Shown: positions 11,806 to 20,000 of the stretch, in pieces
Layout: every line of letters begins with the position of its first letter
How positions within the stretch are numbered: the stretch's first letter is position 1
Source of the DNA: Raillietiella orientalis
Taxonomy: Eukaryota
Direction: 5' to 3'
Assembly: GCA_036172245.1 (NCBI GenBank)
Contig: JAYWIR010000132.1
Coordinates: forward strand, 57,750-77,749
Length of the DNA: 20,000 nucleotides
Notes under the pieces: generated by a model
Told to the model about the DNA's origin: nothing
Seen by the model: the letters and a program-made list of their open reading frames with translations, nothing else
The model's database searches: none
Translations under genes and position numbers: made by a program

Positions 11806-12455
11806 AGAGGTGGATTAAGAAAAGTCCGGCAATTTATTAGGGCGGGTAACTTTGCACTCCGTGTTGTTTTCATGACAACCACTGTCGGAATTAGAAAGGG
11901 AATTATTTAGTTCGATCTGATTCATTTTATGGAAAAATTTACATCTTTTGCTGGTTTGTAATCAATTCCAAGTGAGGAGATTTCACCTTGAACTGTTGCA
12001 CTTTTTAACGCAGCAGACGTTGGCATCCCGAGTCAATCTACCGTCATGGATAACCGCACCACCTTGCGATTTCCTGGATTCCAAGGTGCATTAAGAAATG
12101 TCCGACATTTGATTAGGGTGGGACACTTTGCACTCCGAGTTGTTTTGATGGCAACCACTGTCGGAGTTAAAAAGTGAATTTTTTCATTCGATCTGATTCA
12201 CGGTATGGTATAAATTTACATCTTTTGCTGGTTTGTAATCAATTCGAAGTGAGGAAGTTTCACCATGCGCTTTTGCGCTTTTTCACGAAGCATACGTTGG
12301 GAGCGCGAGGCAATCTACCGTCATGGATAACCGCACCACCTTGCGATTTCCTGCGTTTAGAGCTGGATTAAGAAAAGTCCGGCATTTCATTAGGGCGGGT
12401 AACTTTGCACTCCGTGTTGTTTTCATGACAACCACTGTCGGAATTAAAAAGTGAA
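11806..12455. repeat. Close copy of ~4320-4970 (offset ~7485 bp = 27 monomers)
   Basis: Shares CCGGCAATTTATT, CACCTTGAACTG, GGCATCCCGAGTC and GGATTCCAAGGTGCATT with 4320-4970. Several point differences and a 1-bp indel (GGAAAAATTT near 11931). Boundaries approximate. Confidence 0.85.
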
Positions 12456-12910
12456 TTATTTAGTTCGATCTCGTTCATTTTATGGTACAAATTTACATCT
12501 TTTGCTGGTTTGTAATCAATTCCAAGTGAGGAGATTTCACCCTGCACTGTTGCACTTTTTCACGCAGCAGACGTTTTCAACCCGCGTCAATCTACCGTCA
12601 TGGATAACCGCACCACCTTGCGATTTCCTGGTTTCCGAGGTGGATTAAGAAATGTCCGACATTTGATTAGGGTGGGACACTTTGCACTCCGAGTTGTTTT
12701 GATGGCCACCACTGTCGGAGTTAAAAAGTGAATTTTTTTATTCGATCTGATTCACGGTATGGTATAAATTTACATCTTTTTGTGGTTTGTATTCAATTCG
12801 AAGTGAGGAAATTTCACCATGCGCTGGTGCGCTATTTCACGAAGCATACGTGGAGAGCGCGAGGCAATGTACCGTCATGGATAACCGCACCACCTTGCGA
12901 TTTCCTGGTT
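12233..12910. repeat. Close copy of ~2255-2932 (offset 9978 bp = 36 monomers)
   Basis: Shares AGAGCTGGATT, GACGTTTTCAACCCGCGTC, GATGGCCACC and GCGCTGGTGCGC. ORFs 2750 and 12728 are identical, and ORFs 2473 and 12451 differ by one residue. Confidence 0.9.
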
Positions 12911-13004
12911 TCGGAGGTGGATTAACAAAAGTCCGACATTTCATTATGGTGCGACACTTTGCACTCCGTGTTGATTTGACTGCAACCACTATCGGAATTA
13001 GAAA

Positions 13005-14669
13005 GTTAATTATTTAATTCGATCTGATTCATTTTATGGTACAAATCTACATCTTTTGCTGGTTTGTAATCGTTTCGAAGTACGGAGATTTAATCACTGA
13101 ACTTTTGCGCTTCTTGGCGAAGCATCCGTTGGCAGCGCGAGGCAATCTACCGTCATGGGTCACCACACTTTCTTGCGATTTTCTGCGTTTGGAGGTGGAT
13201 GAAGAACAGTCCGACATTTGATTAGGGCGGGGTATCTTGCACTCCGTGTTGTTTTCATGGCAACCACTGTCGGAATTGAAAAGTGAATTATTTAGTTCGA
13301 TCTGATTCATTTTATGGTACAAATTTACATCTTTTGCTGGTTTGTAATCAATTGGAAGTGAGGAGATTCCACCATGTACTGTTGCGCTTTTTAACGAAGC
13401 ATACGTTGGCAGTGCGAGGCAATCTACTGTCATGGATAACCGAACAACCTTCCGATTTCATGGTTTGAGAGGTGGATTAAGAAAAGTCCGACATTTGATT
13501 GCGGTGGAACACTTTGAACTCCGTGTTGTTTTGATGGCAACCACTGTGGGAATTAAAAAGTGAATTATTTAATTCGATCTGATTCATGGTCTGGTACAAA
13601 TTTACATCTTTTGCTGGTTTGTAATCATTTCGAAGTACGGAGATTTAATCATTGAACTTTTGCGCTTCTTGGCGAAGCATAAGTTGGCAGCGCGAGGCAA
13701 TCTACCGTCATGGATCACCACACTTTCTTGAGATTTCCTGCGTTTGGAGGTGAATGAAGAACAGTCCCACATTTGATTAGGGCGGGGCATTTTGCACTCC
13801 CTGTTGTTTTCATGGCAACCACTGTCGTAATTGAAAAGTGAATTATTTTGTTCGATCTGATTCATTTTATGGTACAAATTTACATCTTTTGCTGGTTTGA
13901 AATCAATTGGAAGTGAGGAGATTTCACCATGCAGTGTTGCGCTTTTTCACGAAGCATACGTTGGCAGTGCGAGGCAATCTACTGTCATGGATAACCGAAC
14001 AACCTTCCGATTTCATGGTTTGATAGGTGGATTAAGAAAAGTCCGACATTTGATTGGGGTGGAACACTTTGCACTCCGTGTTCTTTTCATGACAACCACT
14101 GTCGGAATTAGAAAGGGAATTATTTTATTCGATCTGATTCATTTTATGGTACAAATTTACATCTTTTGCTGGTTTGAAATCATTTCGAAGTACGGAGATT
14201 TAATCATTCAACTTTTGCGCTTCTAGGCGAAGCATCCGTTGGCAGCGCGAGGCAATCTACCGTCATGGATCACCACACTTTCTTGCGATTTTCTGCGTTT
14301 GGAGGTGGATGAAGAACAGTCCGACATTTGATTAGGGCGGGGCATTTTGCACTCCGTGTTGTTTTCATGGCAACCACTGTCGCAGTTAAAAAGTGAATTT
14401 TTTAATTCGATCTGATTCACGGTATGGTATAAATTTACCTCTTTTTGTGGTTTGTAATCAATTGGAAGTGAGCAGATTTCACCATGCACTGTGGCGCTTT
14501 TTCACGAAGCATACGTTCGCAGTGCGAGGCAATCTCCTGTCATGGATAACCGAACAACCTTCCGATTTCATGGTTTGAGAGGTGGATTAAGAAAACTCCA
14601 ACATTTGATTGGGGTGGAACACTTTGCACTCCGTGTTGTTTTGATGGCAACCACTGTGGGAATTAAAAA
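13005..14669. repeat. Three-copy 555-bp dimer higher-order repeat (278-bp X + 277-bp Y monomers)
   Basis: Units at 13005, 13560 and 14115 carry TTTCGAAGTACGGAGATTTAATCA(T/C)...GATGAAGAACAG-type variants. Units at 13283, 13838 and 14393 carry TTGGAAGTG...GAACAACCTTCCGATTTCATGGTTTGA. The period is exactly 555. Confidence 0.88.
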
Positions 14670-14900
14670 GTGAATTATTTAATTCGATCTGATTCATGGT
14701 GTGGTACAAATTTACATCTTTGGCTGGTTTTTAATCAATTAGAAGTGAGGAGATTTCACCATGCAGTGTTGCGCTTTTTCAAGAAGCATACGTTGACAGC
14801 GCGAGGAAATTTACCGTCATGGATAACCGCACCACCTTGCGATTTCCTGCGTTTAGAGGTGGATTAAGAAAAGTCCGGCAATTTATTAGGGCGGGTAACT

Positions 14901-15850
14901 TTGCACTCCGTGTTGTTTTCATGGCAACCACTGTCGGAGTTAAAAAGGGAATTTTTTAATTCGATATGATTCATTTTATGGTACAAATTTACATCTTTTG
15001 CTGGTTTGTAATCAATTCGTAGTACGGAGATTTCACCATTGCACGGTTGCGCTTTTTGACGAAGCATCCGTTGGCAGCGCGAGGCAATCTACCGTCATGG
15101 ATAACCGCACAACCTTCCGATTTCCTGGTTTCAAAGGTGGATCAAGAAAAGTCCGACATTTGATTAGGGTGAGACACTTTGCACTCCGTGTTGTTTTGAT
15201 AACAACCACTGTCGGAGTTAAAAAGTGAATTTTTTAATTCGATCTGATTCATGGTATGGAATAAATTTACATCTTTTGCTGGTTTGTAATCAATTCGAAG
15301 TGAGGAGATTTCACCATGCACTGTTGCGCTTTTTCACGAAGCATCCGTTGGCAGCGCGAGGCAATCTACCGTCATGGATAACCGCACCACCTTACGATTT
15401 CCTGGTTTCAGAGGTGGATTAAGAAAAGTGCGACATTTGATTAGGGTGGGACACGTTGCACTCCGTGTTGTTTTCATGGCAACCACTGTCGGAGTTAAAA
15501 AGGGAATTTTTTAATTCGATATGATTCATTTTATGGTACAAATTTACATCTTTTGCTGGTTTGTAATCAATTCGTAGTACGGAGATTTCACCATTGCACG
15601 GTTGCGCTTTTTGACGAAGCATCCGTTGGCAGCGCGAGGCAATCTACCGTCATGGATAACCGCACAACCTTCCGATTTCCTGGTTTCAAAGGTGGATCAA
15701 GAAAAGTCCGACATTTGATTAGGGTGAGACACTTTGCACTCCGTGTTGTTTTGATAACAACCACTGTCGGAGTTAAAAAGTGAATTTTTCAATTCGATCT
15801 GATTCATGGTATGGAATAAATTTACATGTTTTGCTGGTTTGTAATCAATT
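14901..15850. repeat. Local tandem duplication with 555-bp period (14901-15234 identical to 15456-15789)
   Basis: ORFs 14998..15228 and 15553..15783 are identical. Private variants AAAAAGGGAATT, CGATATGAT, GCACGGTTG, GGATCAAG, GTGAGACAC and GGAATAAA are shared. Confidence 0.9.
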
Positions 15851-18800
15851 AGAAGTGAGGAGATTTCACCATGCACTGTTGCGCTTTTTCAAGAAGCATC
15901 CGTTGCAGCGCGAGGCAATCTACCGTCATGGATAACCGAACAACCTTCCGATTTCCTGTTTTCAGAGGTGGATTAACAAAAGTCCGACATTTGATTAGGG
16001 TGGGACACTTTGCACTCCGTGTTGTTTTCATGGCAACCACTGTCGGAATTGAAAAGTGAATTTTTTAATTCGATCTGATTCATGGTATGGTATAAATTTA
16101 CATCTTTTGCTGGTTTGTAATCAATTCGAAGTGAGGAGATTTCACCATGCACTCTTGCGCTTCTTCACGAAGCATCCGTTGGCAGCCCGTGGCAATCTAC
16201 CGTCATGGATAACCGCACCATCATGCGATTTCCTGGTTTCAGAGGTGGATTAAGAAAAGTCCGACATTTCATTAGGGCGGGGCACTTTGCACTCCGTGTT
16301 GTTTTCATGGCAACCACTATCGGAATTAGAAAGTGAATTATTTAATTCGATCTGATTCATTTTATGGTACAAATTTCCATCTTTTGCTGGTTTGTAATCA
16401 ATTCGAAGTGAGGAGATTTCACCATGCACTGTTGCGCTTTTTCACGAAGCATCCGTTGGCAGCGCGAGGCAATCTACCGTCATGGATAACCGCACCACCT
16501 TGCGATTTCCTGGTTTCAGAGGTGGATTAAGAAAAGTCCGACATTTGATTAGGGTGGGACACGTTGCACTCCGTGTTGTTTTGATGGCAACCACTGTCGG
16601 AGTTAAAAAGTGAATTTTTTAATTCGATCTGATTCATTTTATGGTACAAATTTACATCTTTTGCTGGTTTGTAATCAATTCGAAGTGAGGAGATTTCACC
16701 ATGCACTGTTGCGCTTTTTCACGAAGCATCCGTTGGCAGCGCGAGGCAATCTACCGTCATGGATAACCGCACCACCTTGCGATTTCCTGGATTCAGAGGT
16801 GGATTAAAAAAAGTCCCACATTTGATTAGGGTGGGACACTTTGCATTCCGTGTTGTTTTCATCGCAACCATTCGGAATGAGAAGGGGAATTTTTTTATTC
16901 GATCTGAATCATTTTATGGTACAAATTTACATCTTTTGCTGGTTTGTAATCAATTCGAAGTGAGGAGATTTCACCATGCACTGTTGCGCTTTTTCACGAA
17001 GCATCCGTTGGCAGCGCGAGGCAATCTACCGTCATGGATAACCGCACAACCTTCCGATTTCCTGGTTTCAGAGGTGGATTAAGAAAAGTCCGACATTTGA
17101 TTAGGGTGGGACACGTTGCACTCCGTGTTGTTTTGATAACAACCACTGTCGGAGTTAAAAAGTGAATTTTTTAATTCGATCTGATTCATGGTATGGTACA
17201 AATTTACATCTTTTGCTGGTTTGTAATCAATTCGAAGTGAGGAGATTTCACCATGCACTGTTGCGCTTTTTCGAGAAGCATCCGTTGGCAGCGCGAGGCA
17301 ATCTACCGTCATGGATAACCGCACAACCTTCCGATTTCCTGGTTTCAAAGGTGGATTAAGAAAAGTCCGACATTTGATTAGAGTGGGACACTTTGCACTC
17401 CGTGTTGTTTTGGTAGCAACCACTGTCGGAGTTAAAAAGTGAATTTTTTAATTCGATCTGATTCATGCTATGGTATAAATTTACATCTTTTGCTGGTTTG
17501 TAATCAATTCGAAGTGAGGAGATTTCACCATGCACTGTTGCGCTTTTTCACGAAGCATCCGTTGGCAGCGCGAGGCAATCTACCGTAATGGATAACCGCA
17601 CTATCATGCGATTTCCTGCGTTTAGAGGTGGATGAAGAACAGTCCGACATTTCATTAGGGCGGGGCTCTTTGCACTCCGTGTTGTTGTCATGGCAACCAC
17701 TGTCGGAATTGATAAGTGAATTATTTAATTCGATCTGATTCACGGTATGGTATAAATTTACATCTTTTGCTGGTTTGTAATCAATTCGTAGTAAGGAGAT
17801 TTCACCATGCACTGTTGCGCTTTTTCACGAAGCATCCGTTGGCAGCCCGAGGCAATCTACCGTCATGGATAACCGCACCACCTTGCGATTTCCTGGTTTC
17901 AGAGGTGGATTAAGAAAAGTGCGACATTTGATTAGGGCGGGGCACTTTGCACTCCGTGTTGTTTTCATGGCAACCACTGTCGGAGTTAAAAAGTGAATTT
18001 TTTAATTCGATATGATTCATTTTATGGTACAAATTTACATCTTTTGCTGGTTTGTAATCCATTCGTAGTAAGGAGATTTCACCATTGCACTGTTGCGCTT
18101 TTTCACGAAGCATCCGTTGGCAGCCCGTGGCAATCTCCCTTTATGGAAAAACGCACTACCTTGCGATTTCCTGGATTCAGAGGTGGATTAAAAAAAGTCC
18201 CACATTTGATTAGGGTGGGACACTTTGCATTCCGTGTTGTTTTCATCGCAACCATTCGGAATGAGAAGGGGAATTTTTTTATTCGATCTGATTCATTTTA
18301 GGGTACAAATTTCCATCTTTTGCTGGTTTGTAATCAATTCGAAGTGAGGAGATTTCACCATGCACTGTTGCGCTTTTTCACGAAGCATCCGTTGGCAGCG
18401 CGAGGCAATCTACCGTCATGGATAACCGCACCACCTTACGATTTCCTGGTTTCAGAGGTGGATTAAGAAAAGTCCGACATTTGATTAGGGTGGGACACGT
18501 TGCACTCCGTGTTGTTTTGATAACAACCACTGTCGGAGTTAAAAAGTGAATTTTTTAATTCGATCTGATTCATGGTATGGTATAAATTTACATCTTTTGC
18601 TGGTTTGTAATCAATTCGAAGTGAGGAGATTTCACCATGCACTGTTGCGCTTTTTCACGAAGCATCCGTTGGCAGCGCGAGGCAATCTACCGTAATGGAT
18701 AACCGCACCATCATGCGATTTCCTGGTTTCAGAGGTGGATTCAGAAAAGTCCGACATTTCATCAGGGCGGGGCACTTTGCACTCCGTGTTGTTTTCATGG

Positions 18801-20000
18801 CAACCACTGTCGGAATTGAAAAGTGAATTTTTTAATTCGATCTGATTCATGGTATGGTATAAATTTACATCTTTTGCTGGTTTGTAATGAATTCGAAGTA
18901 AGGAGATTTCACCATTGCACTTTTGCGCTTCTTCACGAAGCATCCTTTGGCAGCGCGAGGAAATCTACCGGCATAGATCACCACACTACCTTGAGATTTC
19001 CTGCGTTTAGAGGTGGATGAAGAATAGTCCGACATTTCATTAGGGCGGGGCACTTTGCACTCCGTGTTGTTTTCATGGCAACCACTGTCGGAATTCATAA
19101 GTGAATTATTTAATTCGATCTGATTCACGGTATGGTAAAAATTTACATCTTTTGCTGGTTTGTAATCAATTCGTAGTACGGAGATTTCACCATTGCACTT
19201 TTGCGCTTCTTCACGAAGCATCCGTTGGCAGCGCGAGGAAATCTACCGGCATGGATCACCACACTACCTTGCGATTTCCTGCGTTTAGAGGTGGATGAAG
19301 AACAGTCCGACATTTCATTAGGGCGGGGCACTTTGCACGCCGTGTTGTTTTCATGGCAACCACTGTCGGAATTGAAGTGCGAAATATTTAATTCGATCTG
19401 ATTCACGGTATGGTATAAATTTACATCTTTTGCTGGTTTGTAATCAATTCGAAGTGAGGAGATTTCACCATGCACTGTTGCGCTTTTTCACGAAGCATCC
19501 GTTGGCAGCGCGAGGCAATCTACCGTCATGGATAACCGCACCACCTTGCGATTTCCTGGTTTCAGAGGTGGATTAAGAAAAGTCCGACATTTGATTAGGG
19601 TGGGACACGTTGCACTCCGTGTTGTTTTGATAACAACCACTGTCGGAGTTAAAAAGTGAATTTTTTAATTCGATCTGATTCACGGTATAATATAAATTTA
19701 CATCCTTTGCTGGTTTGCAATCAATTCGAAGTGAGGAGATTTCACCATGCACTGTTGCGCTTTTTCACGAAGCATCCGTTGGCAGCGCGAGGCAATCTAC
19801 CGTCATGGATAACCGCACAACCTTCCGATTTCCTGGTTTCAGAGGTGGATTAAGAAAAGTCCGACATTTGATTAGAGTGGGACACGTTGCACTCCGTGTT
19901 GTTTTGATAACAACCACTGTCGGAGTTAAAAAGTGAATTTTTTAATTCGATCTGATTCATGGTATGGTATAAATTTACATCTTTTGCTGGTTTGTAATCA

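Larger units (their letters stand above)
1..20000. repeat. Tandem satellite array of a ~277-bp monomer (~72 copies, head-to-tail, extends beyond both window ends)
   Basis: Approximate consensus GTGAATTTTTTAATTCGATCTGATTCACGGTATGGTATAAATTTACATCTTTTGCTGGTTTGTAATCAATTCGAAGTGAGGAGATTTCACCATGCACTGTTGCGCTTTTTCACGAAGCATCCGTTGGCAGCGCGAGGCAATCTACCGTCATGGATAACCGCACCACCTTGCGATTTCCTGGTTTCAGAGGTGGATTAAGAAAAGTCCGACATTTGATTAGGGTGGGACACTTTGCACTCCGTGTTGTTTTGATGGCAACCACTGTCGGAGTTAAAAA (277 bp, about 43% GC by hand count). Unit starts fall at 256, 534, 810, 1087, 1364, 1641, 1918, 2196, 2473, 2750 ... 19101, 19379, 19656, 19933. The same spacing shows in the recurring 'MNxxIRSD' pseudo-ORFs. No non-repeat insertion seen. 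Confidence 0.99.

Noticed and set aside
18700..18800. Hammerhead ribozyme as found in newt, schistosome and cricket satellites: minus strand CTGATGA at 18765-18759 (CTAATGA or CTAATCA in other units) with GAAAC 28 nt downstream
   Set aside because: The exact CUGAUGA core occurs in only one unit. The intervening sequence does not form stem II and I could not place a valid NUH cleavage site with stem I. An Infernal or RNAMotif search would settle it.
30..19936. Tandem multigene family of 61-65 aa peptides (MNFLIRSDSRYGINLHLLLVCNQFEV...) and other listed ORFs
   Set aside because: These are translations of the satellite. Most rely on GTG/TTG starts that are often mutated (GGG, GCG, GTT, GTA). 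Recurrent 1-bp indels shift the frame mid-ORF, premature stops occur (for example in units 3027 and 7460), substitutions are mostly non-synonymous, and there is no recognisable domain. A 277-bp period is also not a multiple of 3, so it cannot be a repeat-protein gene.
1..20000. CRISPR array or integron-like cassette array
   Set aside because: The entire unit is repeated, with no unique spacers or cassettes, and no cas or integrase gene is present.

Overview
The whole 20 kb window is one uninterrupted head-to-tail tandem array (satellite DNA) of a ~277-bp monomer. By my hand count there are 71 complete units from 256 to 19932 (mean period about 277.1 bp, unit lengths 275-278 bp), plus partial units at both ends, all in the same orientation. 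I find no protein-coding gene, RNA gene, transposon or CRISPR array. The many 60-155 aa ORFs are by-products of the repeat. The array has clear internal organisation: recurrent monomer subtypes, local 555-bp dimer higher-order repeats, near-identical multi-monomer blocks copied 12, 14, 27, 33 and 36 monomers apart, readable crossover junctions, two rare divergent monomer lineages and a more homogeneous right-hand domain. The monomer itself looks like an ancient diverged dimer (~122 + ~155 bp) and carries clustered dyad symmetries. The most likely reading (inference) is eukaryotic heterochromatic or centromeric satellite. I cannot identify the organism or the satellite family.
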